A stretch of 62,898 bases of DNA, filler included, from Octopus bimaculoides (taxonomy: Eukaryota), in NCBI RefSeq assembly GCF_001194135.2. It is 5 parts of 4 records of this genome, joined end to end, with 100 filler letters (N's around TTAATTAATTAA, not from the genome) between each part and the next. Parts side by side here need not be neighbours in the genome. Positions count along the whole stretch, not along the records: positions 1 to 17,247 come from NC_068997.1; 4 more parts are not named here. One strand, given 5' to 3'. The position numbers and the translations under genes were made by a program. The notes under the pieces are model-generated. The model had not been told where the DNA came from. It did not search any database and saw only the letters and a list, made by a program, of their open reading frames with translations. Below, piece by piece: positions 1-13,716 of the stretch. Within the stretch, counting starts at the first letter, position 1. Every line of letters begins with the position of its first letter.

Positions 1-345
1 CTGGAGGGGTTTTGCCAGGGCATGCTTACACGATTTAAGGAGGATTGCTGGGAAACCATCAGGGCCAGCAGTTGAGTTTGTGTCCACTTCATGTATAGCT
101 AGTAGTACATCTTCTTCGCTAATGTTGATGTATTCCATCGTAACTGCCTCCCTGGTAGCAAACAAGTCCACTGGTTTGTTCACTTGTCTGTGCTCCAATG
201 GAGTGGTGAAGACACTTTTGAATTGCTCATTCAGTACCTCACTGATCCTAGTTGGACTGTCTGTGAGGGAGCCATCCTTTTCGAAGAGGGGTCCAATCTT
301 GCAGCGTACTGAGGCTGTTTCTTTTGCGTAATCAAAGAAGGCCTT
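1..345 (-). mobile_element. CR1/L2-group LINE ORF2 fragment (linker between endonuclease and RT), runs off the left edge
   Basis: Manual minus-strand translation is open for 115 codons: KAFFDYAKE..KIGPLFEKDGSL..ISEVLNEQFKSVFT..TAGPDGFPAILLKSCKHALAKPL, the typical pre-RT region. It has no ATG start, so the ORF track misses it. Confidence 0.75.
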
Positions 346-2380
346 ATATATATTTATGTATACACATACATATAAGATAGGAGATATAGTTATATTATAC
401 ATATATATATACGTATATGAATTTGAACATATGTGTGAGCGTGTATGTGTTTGTTAGTATCTGTAAACATGTACGTCAGACCAGTATATATGTATTTGAA
501 TCATAATTAGAACTCTGCATCATACTCCTCTGTGTATAGAAAAAAACTTTTCGAATTGTTTACGTTTGTTGAATTTTTAACGTTGTTACTCTGCTGGTAT
601 CTATCACCAAATCAACAAAAGTCGAAGAAGCACTGAGACTGAAAAGTTGCAACATTGACCATCCATAACTTTGTTTCATAAATCGTGTATCTACAACGAT
701 ATTATCGAACATGTTCCCCGTCCGATTAGTTTAAACAAAAAAGACGCTGACGTGTGATTTTGGACGGAGTTGGCTGCTGTTACTAGTATTTCGTGCAATC
801 ACAGATATTCCTCATTGGATTGCCAATTGTTATGTTGTTTACATTGGTGAAATTCACCTTTGTATAGTCTTGAATATAAGCTAAAGTTCAACTCGGCCAT
901 TGAATACTCACAAGAACATAATGACGGCAAAATGATAGAAAATATGTTATCTCGGGTCATTGTTTGATGCCATATCGACTCAGTCATTTGCCCTGCATAG
1001 TAAGAAAATAATGTAGACAGTTAAAATCGATTATTTATCCACCCTACAAACACTGTTCGTTCTTGTGTATTTGTTAAAAATCAATCAGAACAATTGATAT
1101 TTTATAAAGTTTCACCAAGATAAACATACGTGCTACCAAAAAGAAAAAAACGATGGGTTTCAGGACGTCGAAGGTGGTAGCCATAGAAACTTACAGATAA
1201 AATATATACATGTATGATGTACTCATTAAAAACAAGAAAAAATATATTTACTGATTTTAGACTGTTGCTTTTTAATAGACTGTTTTACTTGTCAGAAATC
1301 TATACCGTAAATTACATTGGAACATGATGTCCTGGTGTTGATACTTTTCTCATTGTTGCTGTTGCTCTTCTTGTGTATATCTGGCCCAATGTTAGCCGCG
1401 ATCCTAGAAACCCAAGAATAACGCATTACTGATCAATGGGTCCTGTCCTTTATGTTTTGAAGAAAAAGGGAGTGAACGCTCTCAGCAGAATCACTAATCC
1501 AGGACCACATTATCTAAACTCTTTGTATTTTTTTTTTCTGAAAGACTCCGAAAATATTTTGGAAAAAAACCCCAAAAAACTGATCTGATAGGTTTTGATC
1601 TAGGTCTAACAGGTTAATCGACTGGAGTTATTAGCACACTCTCCAGGAAATATTGGTATTATTCTGAAGAGGGTGTTTTTGTAAGTGCAAGCGTTACAAC
1701 GTCTCTCACCTCCCAGTCTGAAAGACGTCAACTTAAATGTAATTACAGGTAAACATCGAGCATTTGTTTATAGCATATAGAGAGTCTCTTCTATATCAGA
1801 GTTGGTATGTTTTTGTTTTTCTTATTTTTCCTTTTTTTTTTTACATACCAATGCAGTATTATCGACAAAAAGACACCCCCACCACCACACACGCACCACA
1901 ATCCAAATTTTGACTTCTTCGTTCCAACAATCATTAATATGTAATTCGAGCTCATCTCTAGATTTAACGACTCCGAAAGACATGATATTACGTAGATGTC
2001 ATGGCCGCCTTTTGTAGATGTCAATAACCTACGTTATTTCTGAGGATTATAAGAAATTTATCATTACGTTTTGAAAGTGTGATCTCGAATATATTTGCAC
2101 TTCTATACACACAGCTAAATGGGGGTATACATACGAAAACAAACATATACGCTTACTAACATGTATACACTCAGATCCACATATAAACTCACACACATAA
2201 ACAGACCTATATATGAGTGTATGTGTATATTTAATACTGCAAATGTGGTACGCTTTACTATGTTATAAATGAAATTTAAACATCCTTGTACAGATTATGA
2301 GATTTAACTTTATTTAAACATAATATGCTCCCGTAATATTTTCTTTCATTTTTACCACTGCAATATTAATTTAGATATGT

Positions 2381-2586
2381 AGGCAGTGAGCTGGCATAAT
2401 CTTTAGCACACCAGGTTAAGCGTTATTTCGTCCCTCTTTACGTTTTTAGTTCAAGTTCCGTCAAAAACGGACTTAGCTTTTCATTCTTTCAGGTTCGATG
2501 AAATAAATATCAATTGAACACTGGGGTCGATCTAATCGACTTATTCTTTCCTCTGAAATTGCTGGCCTTGTGCCAAAATTTGAAAC
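2381..2586 (+). mobile_element. SINE family A copy (about 210 bp, diverged)
   Basis: Matches the recurrent unit AGGCGGCGAGCTGGCAG...GAGTTCAAATTCC...GCCTTTCATCCTTTCGGGGTCGATAAA...GGCCTTGTGCC seen over 12 times in the window; B-box-like GAGTTCAAATTCC in better copies. Confidence 0.75.
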
Positions 2587-3119
2587 GAAAATTAATTTTG
2601 ATATTCTTATTTTTAAAACGCCACTTCGTCATTTTAGACGAAATATTGCTAAAATATTTCGGCTCCAGCCAATGTTTTGTCTCGAAAACCTTGAAAGTTG
2701 GTAATCAGTTGGGAAAACGTGTAGTGAGTATGGTGTGTGCTTCAGTTTCATGGTATATAACTATTAATTAATTTGTCAATTATTTGATCAAACATTGGTA
2801 AACACAGGACTTAGTGCATCTTAATTAATCTGTTGTTGCCTATTCTAATTTCTTGACAAAAAGTGTTTGTAAGATTTGGTTTTCTTTCTTCATAAAAAAG
2901 CAGATTTTCAGTAATGCAAATAAACTTAGTGCTTCCAAAACCATTTCTCCATTTCTGCATGCATTGATTAATCTGGAAAATGTTGAATAGAATCTCCAGT
3001 ATCTAAATGTAGCTCGAGTAATTTATCATTATTAAACAATGTCTATATTTCTCATAAAAATGCACTGAAAAAAATCTAGTAAAAAAATGAGGTGAAAAAA
3101 TCTAATAGCTATACCTGGT

Positions 3120-3221
3120 TAACACTTCTAGGATGCACAACGTCTGATGTTCAATCAATTTGTGTGGGACACATTTGTCCAACTTCTTGACTTTTCTTAT
3201 GGCGTATAATTTCAAGTGCTT
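3120..3221 (-). mobile_element. mariner transposase remnant (WVPHEL region)
   Basis: Minus-strand frame reads KHLKLYAIRKVKKLDKCVPHKLIEHQTLCILEVL, resembling mariner HLxxxGKVKKLDKWVPHEL. Confidence 0.55.
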
Positions 3222-4189
3222 CGCTATGAGCCCACAAAAAAATCGTAATATGAATACACAAGTCCAGGCGTAATTGCAATCCTGGAGTCACAATCTGAGC
3301 AGGAACTAGAATTTTATACCGGTAATGATTCATCGTTTTGTGAGCATATTATCAGCATGACAATGTACAGGTGACATTACGGGTTTGACTTTAAGATTTT
3401 TCAGAATAAATAATTAAAAAAACAAAACAGAAAAAGGAAAAAAAAAAAGGTAAGAAAGAAAGATTGTTCTTTTGGAGTTTAATTGTTTTCATTTACCTGA
3501 AATGCTGCTTTCCCATAGCGTCAAACAAACTAAAGGAATTGACTCGGAACAACAAATAAGCAGCTGAGAATTACTAAAAGATTGAGGATAAACTCTCAAG
3601 AGTGATAGATGTTCGACAATATAGAAGACCGCAGAAAGTTTATCACCTAACGTTGAGATTTAGACATATACTATTTACCGGCCTCTGAATAATGCCAAAG
3701 TTACACAGCAATCAAAAAAAGGTTTCAAAGGGCCACATTTCAGTGACTTCTGAGAAAAAAGAGAAAAAAAACAAACTTAAAATCTAACAAACATATGTAA
3801 AGAGATGAGCAAATGCAAACTTATATCTACGATATCAGAAAAAGGCAAGCTAATGAAAGAACTCATATTAGGACGGCACTGATCGGCTGCAATATTTGCC
3901 AAAACTACTTAGACTTAGAGAGGGTAGAGTATGAAAGTAGAATGTTACAAACTATCAAACATAACAATGGCGATGTCAGTACAGATGAAATCTCTAGCTG
4001 AAGCAAGTAATCATAAAAGTGCACACACACACAAACACACACACACATATATATGTATATAGTGTATGATGGTTCTTCCGTGGTTTAATGATCCTGATGC
4101 TCCTTAGGCGCAATTGTTTGACCAAATATGTTGGGTAGCCATTCAACGTTAGTTCTCTGAGGAACTGTTTGGCTTCCTCGGTTACATCG

Positions 4190-4324
4190 CTGGTACTTAA
4201 TTTATCGACCCCGAAAGGATGAAAGGCAAAGTCGACCTCGGCGGAATTTGAAAACGTAAAGGCAGACGAAATGCCACTAAGCATTTCACCGGGTGTGCGA
4301 ACGTTTCTTCCAGCTCACCGCCTT
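4190..4324 (-). mobile_element. SINE family A copy, 3'-truncated
   Basis: Reverse complement of the family A head and central domain (cgaccccgaaaggatgaaaggcaaagtcgacctcggcggaatttgaa). Confidence 0.85.
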
Positions 4325-4381
4325 ATATGGATATATTATATTGGATATATTCTTTTATTCTTTTCTATTATTATTTTATGT

Positions 4382-4594
4382 GAGCGTCGAGTTGGCAGAT
4401 TCGTTAACACGTCGGGCAAAACGTTTTGCTGTATTTCGTCCGTCTTTATGTTCTGAGTTCAAATTCCGTTGAGGTCGACTTTGCCTTTCATCCTTTCGGG
4501 GTCGGTAAATTAAGTTCCAGCTGCGTACAGGGGTCGATATAATCGACTGGCCACCTCCTCCCAAATTTCGGGCCTTGTGCCTAGAGTAGAAAAG
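4382..4594 (+). mobile_element. SINE family A copy, full length
   Basis: Complete unit ending ggccttgtgcctagagtagaaaag. Confidence 0.85.
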
Positions 4595-4597
4595 ACT

Positions 4598-4762
4598 ATT
4601 CTTTTACTTGTTTCAGTCATGTGACTGCGGCCATGCTGGAGCACCACCCCATGTCAAACAAATCGATCCCAGGAATTATTCGTTGACAGCCTAGTACTTG
4701 CTCTATCAGGGCTTTTAATAAACATCGGTTGTGAAGTGACGGTGGTGGTGGGAAACAGACAG

Positions 4763-4793
<31 letters not shown>

Positions 4794-4817
4794 AACAAAC
4801 ACACACACACACACACG

Positions 4818-4857
<40 letters not shown>

Positions 4858-5080
4858 NNNNNNNNNNNNNNNNNNNNNNNNNNNNNNNNNNNNNNNNNNN
4901 NNNNNNNNNNNNNNNNNNNNNNNNNNNNNNNNNNNNNNNNTTCCGTCTACCAAATCTACTGACAAGGTTTTGGTTAACCCCAGGCTATAGTAGAAGACAC
5001 TTGCCTAAGGTGTCACGCAGTGGAATTGAACCCGGAACTATATGATTGGGAAGCAAGCTTAACATGTGGTCACGCCTGCA
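4598..5080 (-). mobile_element. SINE family B copy (tRNA-like head, CORE-like CACCTTGGGCAAGTG box, internal CA/TA microsatellite, 3' tail)
   Basis: Tail ttttacttgtttcagtcat..ggccatgctggagcacc at 4601-4650; head ccgtctaccaaat..gacacttgcctaaggtgtcacgcagtgg..gaacccggaac at 4941-5080; spans an N gap. Confidence 0.8.
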
Positions 5081-5804
5081 CCGTATACATATAGAGAGTG
5101 AGCGAGAGAGAGAGAAAGAGAATGACAGAGAAAGAAAAAGTGGGGAGGGGGAGCAGTGTATATATATATACACATACACGCACGCACATATATAGATTCA
5201 AGTTGATAAATTCAAACGTGTGTATGTATATATGCACGTATGTTAGTGTATATATTTGTTAGTATGTATATTACTATGTATGTGTGTGTGTGTCAGTGTG
5301 TGTGAGTTCGCGCCTTAGCCTGTGTATTTGTATGAATGTGTGCAGGCCCGTACTATTAACGGTAGATTTATTAAACGTTAAGTATGTGAATGTTATCAGT
5401 ACCCCTTTAAGTGGAAATGGGGAACAATACATAATGGCCAGGCAATTTTTATAAACACTGCGTGAGTTATTTCCCTTCAGTAGCAAACCATCATTCAGTA
5501 GTCCAAGTAATGTTGTTGGGGCTTCGGAGAACATATCAGATATTTTGTACACACACGCACTGAGATGCTCTCAGTCAAGCATGCTTACACGAAGATTTCG
5601 CTCTAATCCCTACCACTTATACTTTCATACTCACACACGCATATGCACAAACTCAAATACACATGAACACACACATACACGCACACACACGTACACATAC
5701 AAACGCATATACATTTGCATACACGCATAAAAAAGATGCATTAACTTCGGCAATACTCTACATTATCATCATTGCTAGCAGTTGTGTGTCTCTGTTTATA
5801 ACAT

Positions 5805-5836
5805 ATCTATCAATCTATTCATCTATCTATCTATCA

Positions 5837-5891
<55 letters not shown>

Positions 5892-5892
5892 A

Positions 5893-5934
<42 letters not shown>

Positions 5935-5952
5935 TCATCTATCTATCTATCA

Positions 5953-5989
<37 letters not shown>
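5805..5989. repeat. (ATCT)n microsatellite
   Basis: Direct reading; source of the spurious SIYL/LSIY ORFs. Confidence 0.95.
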
Positions 5990-6504
5990 CACACACACAA
6001 ACACACACACAAACACACAGACACATACACACACACACACACANNNNNNNNNNNNNNNNNNNNNNNNNNNNNNNNNNNNNNNNNNNNNNNNNNNNNNNNN
6101 NNNNNNNNNNNNNNNNNNNNNNNNNNNNNNNNNNNNNNNNNNNNNNNNNNNNNNNNNNNNNNNNNNNNNNNNNNNNNNNNNNNNNNNNNNNNNNNNNNNN
6201 NNNNNNNNNNNNNNNNNNNNNNNNNNNNNNNNNNNNNNNNNNNNNNNNNNNNNNNNNNNNNNNNNNNNNNNNNNNNNNNNNNNNNNNNNNNNNNNNNNNN
6301 NNNNNNNNNNNNNNNNNNNNNNNNNNNNNNNNNNNNNNNNNNNNNNNNNNNNNNNNNNNNNNNNNNNNNNNNNNNNNNNNNNNNNNNNNNNNNNNNNNNN
6401 NNNNNNNNNNNNNNNNNNNNNNNNNNNNNNNNNNNGTGCATGTACGTATTTGTGTGTCCGTGTTTGTACATGCACCATCGCTTATTTGTTTACATCCCCA
6501 AAAT

Positions 6505-6705
6505 GCACCGATGCTTATTTGTTTACATCCCCAAAACTTAACGGCTCGGCAAAGGAGATCGATAGAATAAGTACTAGGCTTACAAAAAATATATTTGGCA
6601 ACCGGTGCTGGTGTGTTTACGTCCCTGTTACCTTGTGGTTCGGCAAAAGAGAAGATAGAATGAGTGCTAGGCTTTCAAAACGATTCAAGGCGGTGCCCCA
6701 GGATG
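6505..6705 (+). mobile_element. SINE family B 3' portion with internal duplication
   Basis: Two successive tgtttac..cggc(t/a)..aaaagag..gatagaat..gt(a/g)ctaggctt segments, then ggcggtgccccagga. Confidence 0.7.
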
Positions 6706-6757
6706 TCCTCCGCTCACGATACGCCAGTGCGGCACTCCTTCGGGTCCGAATATAAAG

Positions 6758-6876
<119 letters not shown>

Positions 6877-9800
6877 TCGTGGGAAAATGGGTAAGCTGGA
6901 GAAACGTTATCGTATTACTCGACTCGAAACCACAAATAGCAAAATTCACTACGCCATGATTTGAACTCACATCTCTGCGCGCGTGCGTGAGTGCTTATGT
7001 ATATATATATGTATATATATATGTATATATATATATATATATAAAAACAAATAGTAAATGAGTATATGCATATATACGTACAGGTATGTGAATACCCACA
7101 TCCACCTGTATGTATAGGTGCATATCTGGGTACAGGACATTGCAAACAAAACGTAGACGAGAAAACACACAAGCCACATAGAGAACATTCTTCTTCATCA
7201 GCTACCCACGTTTTTACACCGGCATTTCGAAGAGCTGGGCAGGACGCATCGCTAAAACGGCTCTTCCCATGGACCGCAAATTAAATTTGTATACACAAAT
7301 TAAACCTNNNNNNNNNNNNNNNNNNNNNNNNNNNNNNNNNNNNNNNNNNNNNNNNNNNNNNNNNNNNNNNNNNNNNNNNNNNNNNNNNNNNNNNNNNNNN
7401 NNNNNNNNNNNNNNNNNNNNNNNNNNNNNNNNNNNNNNNNNNNNNNNNNNNNNNNNNNNNNNNNNNNNNNNNNNNNNNNNNNNNNNNNNNNNNNNNNNNN
7501 NNNNNNNNNNNNNNNNNNNNNNNNNNNNNNNNNNNNNNNNNNNNNNNNNNNNNNNNNNNNNNNNNNNNNNNNNNNNNNNNNNNNNNNNNNNNNNNNNNNN
7601 NNNNNNNNNNNNNNNNNNNNNNNNNNNNNNGTAGAAGAATAGGTGAGCAACGAGAGGAAAAGAGGAAGAGAGGAAGTACGAGGGGGCAAAGGAGATACGT
7701 AGTAGTAACAGAGGAAGAACGAGAGGGGTAAAGAGAGATACGTAGTAGTAAACAGAGGAAGAACGAGAGGGGGAAAAATTGAGGAGGAAAAGAAAGATAT
7801 ATATATATATATATACATACATACATACATACGTACGTTCATACAAACATACTTGAAAATGATTTTCACAGTTTCTCTCTACCAACATACACACATAAGA
7901 CATTGGTCGGTCAGAGAAATGAAGTTGTATTGGAGGACACATGCCCAAGGTACAATTGAGTTCTACTGAACCTGAAGCAACGTGATTTTAATCCCAGTTT
8001 CTTAAACACCCAGTTATTCCGGTCTCGAACATCTTTTCCGTTCTCCCTTTCTTTCCTTCGCTATGTCCTTTATGCTTTCTTTTATATCAAAATTCTTGCC
8101 CTTATCCTTCATATAATTGCTTCACTTCTCGGCCATTTTTCATTCAGCCACGCTTTCTCTCTTTGGCATTGTAGCAGTTGAGTCTAAACAACATTCAATG
8201 AATAGCCTAAAATACCTTCAATTAACAAGATTGTATTAAGCCGTTATCTGTTTATATCTATATCCACAAACAAATATTTTCTTTCTTCCCAGCACAAACC
8301 ATCTAATAATTATATCTAATTAAAATTACCTTTATATATGCAGTCAACCAAAGACTTCGTTATCGTTTTTATGTTCATTCTCTGAATATTCCTCTCGACG
8401 GTTCCACTTCCATTGATAAAATCCCGTTTCGGAATCGGAGACGTGAAACTCAAAACAACGACAATTAGATATATTAGATTGATCTGATTAATCTAATCAA
8501 TTAGATTAATTGATATATGTTTTGATACTTTAGATTTAGTACCGAGTATTTTCTATGTTTTTCTTATTGAATAGGTTGAAGGTTTTGCTTCCAAGTGTTT
8601 ACACACACTCACACATGTATACATTAAATTGCAACCGTACACAGGTATANNNNNNNNNNNNNNNNNNNNNNNNNNNNNNNNNNNNNNNNNNNNNNNNNNN
8701 NNNNNNNNNNNNNNNNNNNNNNNNNNNNNNNNNNNNNNNNNNNNNNNNNTATATATGTATGTATGTATGTATATATAAATACACAGACAGACAAATACGT
8801 AGATAGATGGAAATACGTGAAAGTGTCCCAAAAAATATATCTGTGTTTATAAGATATACGCAGATTGGGATGAATATTTTTGAGAGCGAGAATTTCGCGT
8901 GTGTGCGTATCTTATTATTGTGTTCGTGTGTTTGTTACCAGCGAAACCTATCGAGCAGATTCATCACAAGTTGAAAGACAATGCTGTGAAAGGCTTTACT
9001 ACTTATTAATGAAATCGATAAATGAAACTAAACACATGCAGATAATACTCCCTTCGAAATAAACTTTGTAATAAACGAATCAGTAGAGCATCGTGTAAAA
9101 ATGTATTTTGCCATGGCTTTTCATGACGTGTTCGAATCATTCTTTAGCTATTGACATTAGTAATCTTTGTGTGTACTAGCCATCGGTCTGCACTCACGCT
9201 GGGCGAAGGGCTCGAAGGAATTGTTCTAAAGAAAGCGACCAAACCGATTACATTTTATTTCAAAGTCCGGTTCTCATTATATTTCCTTCTAATGTCGAAC
9301 CGCTACGTCACCGGAACTGAAATAATCTGACATTCGCTTCCAAGCGTTCGGAGAACAAACACAAAAACACGCACGCTTGCACAAATACACACACATACAC
9401 ACACACGCACACAAACACAAACACACGTTGCGTGCGTAGGTGTATGTGTGTGCATGCGTGCTTATGTATGAATGTATGTATACATGTAAATAAATATATG
9501 CATGTTATGTATAAACATATTTATATTTATATATATATTTCACAATTGTGAAATTTTTTCGCCATGAACGGTTTGTATCTTTAAACCGAATGTAGTTTTT
9601 CTGATATTATATTTATTCCTGAAGATGTGTAAAGAAATTTTGATTTATTAAGTCTCTTAATGAATTCTTTATACTGAAATATATATTGAAGAAGATAAAT
9701 ATGTTCATTTGAATATATACGTTTTTCCGTCGTAAGTCCTTTATTATTATTATTATTATTATTANNNNNNNNNNNNNNNNNNNNNNNNNNNNNNNNNNNN

Positions 9801-10698
9801 NNNNNNNNNNNNNNNNNNNNNNNNNNNNNNNNNNNNNNNNNNNNNNNNNNNNNNNNNNNNNNNNNNNNNNNNNNNNNNNNNNNNNNNNNNNNNNNNNNNN
9901 NNNNNNNNNNNNNNNNNNNNNNNNNNNNNNNNNNNNNNNNNNNNNNNNNNNNNNNNNNNNNNNNNNNNNNNNNNNNNNNNNNNNNNNNNNNNNNNNNNNN
10001 NNNNNNNNNNNNNNNNNNNNNNNNNNNNNNNNNNNNNNNNNNNNNNNNNNNNNNNNNNNNNNNNNNNNNNNNNNNNNNNNNNNNNNNNNNNNNNNNNNNN
10101 NNNNNNNNNNNNNNNNNNNNNNNNNNNNNNNNNNNNNNNNNNNNNNNNNNNNNNNNNNNNNNNNNNNNNNNNNNNNNNNNNNNNNNNNNNNNNNNNNNNN
10201 NNNNNNNNNNNNNNNNNNNNNNNNNNNNNNNNNNNNNNNNNNNNNNNNNNNNNNNNNNNNNNNNNNNNNNNNNNNNNNNNNNNNNNNNNNNNNNNNNNNN
10301 NNNNNNNNNNNNNNNNNNNNNNNNNNNNNNNNNNNNNNNNNNNNNNNNNNNNNNNNNNNNNNNNNNNNNNNNNNNNNNNNNNNNNNNNNNNNNNNNNNNN
10401 NNNNNNNNNNNNNNNNNNNNGATAGAATGGGGCTTGCTAAAACTAGGCCGAAACAGCTGTAAGATTAAACTTCGGTTCATCCTCTAATTCCTTATGTACT
10501 TTGTACTTCTATATGTAAACCAGGTTGGCAAAATAACATATTCTGCCATAGACACCTGTGCTTTGGTTCTTTTTCTTTCTTTTTTTTTGTCACTTTTGCT
10601 ATGAATTAAATTAATGAATTCAACGGGATACACCGTCTGGAAGTAGTTAAGTTCAGCATTTTATCCTCCATTTTCTAATTGTTATGTATATATATATT

Positions 10699-10856
10699 TA
10701 CGACGGGTTTCTTTCAGTGTCCGTCTACCAAATCCACTCAGAACGCTTTGGTCGGCTCGAGGATATAGTTAAGAGACTCAATGTGCTACGCAATGGGACT
10801 GAACACGGTACCATGTGATTGGGAAGCAAACTTCTTACCACACAGCCACGCCTGCA
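10699..10856 (-). mobile_element. SINE family B head
   Basis: tacgacgggtttctttcag..gtctaccaaatccactca..gcagtgggactgaac-like..cttcttaccacacagccacgcctgca. Confidence 0.85.
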
Positions 10857-11503
10857 CCTCCATTCATATGTACATAAATAATATATATGTATGTGTGCGT
10901 ATGTGTGCGCGTGTTTGTGTTTATGTATGTGTATGTATGTATGTATGTGCATATTTTGGAAGGAATAGTATACAAATTAATAACAGATTACTATCAGGAG
11001 AGTTGAAAGTTTATTAAAGAAATTTACGCCATCAGAAAAAAAAAAAAAATTCAAAANNNNNNNNNNNNTATGTGCATATTTTGGAAGGAATAGTATACAA
11101 ATTAATAACAGATTACTATCAGGAGAGTTGAAAGTTTATTAAAGAAATTTACGCCATCAGAAAAAAAAAAAAAAATCAAAACGGAGTACAAGCAAAAACA
11201 AAACGAAAGCAGTTGAAATGGATCGAGTTAAAACAGAATAGTGTTGACGTGTGAATCAAGCGGTTTCATCCGGGCTTTTCAAGATCAAAATATGTTATGT
11301 TTATGAATCGATTGCTTAGCAACGTTTTCATTTGTGTCTCTTTAAGAAGAGTTGTTACGTGTTTAGAAAATTCATTGATAAAATATTTTCGTCGATCGTC
11401 CCTTGAACAGTTAAAAAAAAAAAGAATTATCGCGAATTTTTATTCCTCCAGATTTCTTTTGAAATAAGCCAAAAGCGAACTACAAAGGTTTCATAAGATA
11501 TAA

Positions 11504-11770
11504 AACATCCTTCACCAGTTCATTAAATTTACAATAGAAACCAGCGGAAAAGGAGTACCATTTTTGGATATCCTGGTAAATCTATGTAACTCCATAGCGA
11601 CAACATATATATTTTACAAAAATACGGATTCGCATCAATGTTTGAATGTCTTTGTTCATGCCATTCATCACAAATGAAACAAAATATTCCATACTGCATT
11701 GTAAGATGAATATACACAGTGGCGGTTGATATGGAACTACACATTCAACTCGCTGAACTTAGAGGCTTCA
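11504..11770 (+). mobile_element. Penelope-like element RT remnant
   Basis: Frameshifted translation NILHQFIKFTIETSGKGVPFLDILV..YKNTDSHQCLN..SCH..KQNIPYCIVR matches the PLE RT C-terminal motifs (LHPxIKFTxE, PFLD, YxKxT, NIPY). Confidence 0.65.
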
Positions 11771-12153
11771 AAATGAGAAAGAAAAAAATATATATTACTT
11801 GAAAACAGACCAGGTGATTGTTTCTTGATATATTTCTTGAAAATAGAACAGGTTATTAAAAGGTAAATAAATTGGAAATATCTCATCTTAGGGCGCCTAG
11901 GCAAAAAATGTGTAGGCTCTTATTCCGATGGTTAACATCATTAATCTCAGAGGGTTAAACATATGTACTATCATTAAAGCAACCCTAATAACATTGGTCA
12001 TTAAAGGAGGTTTTGTTTATTGTGTGCTCAACAGTACAGCACAACATCTTATTCAGTAGTCGAAAGCACGATCTTACGGCCCTAAGTGTATCAGCCTAAT
12101 CATTAGGTCATGTTCCTTCACTTTGTTAGTAACGACATTTGTATAATCAAGAC

Positions 12154-12700
12154 ATTGGGTTGAGGAATAATTCATGAGCGTTTTTTTTTGTTTTCAGATA
12201 TATTTTAAACCAAATAACTACAGCAAATTAATCAATAATATACTCTGCGTTGTTGTTTGCGACTTCTTCCCATCGTTCAGTAAGTTTCTCGATTGCTCGG
12301 CGATAGAAATCTTCTGGACTTTTACTCAAAAAGAGTTCGTGACGCAACCTCTCAATTCCACGTCATTATTCAACGATACACCACGCGAAGCGTTCAAAAA
12401 CGGTCGAAAGAGACGAAAATCTGACGGCGCCGAGTATGGAGAATAGGGAGGATGAGGCAGCACTTCCCATTAGAGTTCTTCGATTGTGGCATGGTCATAT
12501 TGGCGATGTGAGGACGGACCTTATCGTCTTGGAAACAAGCGCCAAGTTTCTGAACCTTGTACCAAAGTTTTTTTTTTTCTATCACAGTCAATCTGCTCCG
12601 TCAATTCTCTGGTCGTTTGACGTGGATTTTTGTGAAGAAGATGATTCAATCGCTCTTCATCGAAGTCAATTAACTAAATGATATTTTCATCGAGCTCCAT
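12154..12700 (-). mobile_element. mariner (DD34D-type) 3' remnant with terminal repeat
   Basis: FQDDKVRPHIANMT followed by frameshifted EVLPHPPYSPxxAPSD and FYRRAIEKL..RWEEV; TIR-like attgggttgaggaataattcatgagcg at about 12154-12180. Confidence 0.75.
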
Positions 12701-13037
12701 TAACTATATGATATTTTCTTATGTGCCATTTTAGTATATTTCTCTTTTGATAATTGTAACTATTTAGATTTATTCTATTTTAATATATCCTATTTTGGTG
12801 TATGCTACATTCATAAAATTATACTAAATGCTATTTTAGCATATCGTTTCAAATTATAGTATAAAGTCAGTAATATCTAAGGGTAGGGGGCAAGTTGATG
12901 ACATCAACCTCAGTAGACAACTGCTACTTATTTTATCGAACTTGAAAGGAGGAATGGCGAACTCTATCTCGGCAGTAATTGTCCCCATAGACGAAAATTT
13001 CAGAATAAATGCGATGGTGATGAAGTCGACGATAGTT

Positions 13038-13085
<48 letters not shown>

Positions 13086-13092
13086 GTGATGA
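13038..13092. repeat. (TGA)n microsatellite
   Basis: Direct reading; source of the poly-Met ORF. Confidence 0.95.
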
Positions 13093-13716
13093 GTCACGGT
13101 ATGTTCAGATGTCGAGATACCATCTTACCTTAGTCTCAAGATGGGATCGTTCGATAGGGATAAAGAATTAGATATTTTTGTGGGAAGTTCAAATACAGCC
13201 AAATAAATAAAATGATGATTCAGGCTTTTGAAAAATGTTTCACGGTGGGTCGGAGTAAATGATTTATAGAATTTAGATAGGTTCTACCCACTTCGTTAAA
13301 ATTTCAAATAATACCGGAAGTCAACATCGCCTTTCATCTTTCTGAGTTTGAACGAGTGGTGGTGTTAAATTGATTAAATTATCTCATACTGCTGAAACGA
13401 AAATTATCTGACGCAGGAAATATAGTCTTGCCTTTTTTTGTTTTTTTTTTTACTCCGTTTACTTTTGTGAATTTATTATAGATTTGAGCTATGTCTGTTG
13501 TTTTTGTTATTGTAATGCTAGTGGTAGTTTAACCCCTTTCTATTCCCAATGAAACAGACAGACTTATGATTAAAGATATTCAAGTTATAGCTATTGCGCC
13601 CTTTATTTTACATTCTGTAGCAGATCTTGGTCAACCTATCTAATGTGACTTTTCTATTTTGAAACAAAAAGTGTAAATATGCATAAATTTGGCTGCTATT
13701 GTTAGCAGATCGATTT

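Noticed and set aside
622-655. TCGAAGA..GAAAAGT hammerhead-like spacing
   Set aside because: The core is doubly mutated and helix II has only 2 bp; not supportable.
10944-11180. Near-identical direct repeat of about 110 bp either side of a 12-N gap
   Set aside because: Typical unmerged contig overlap.
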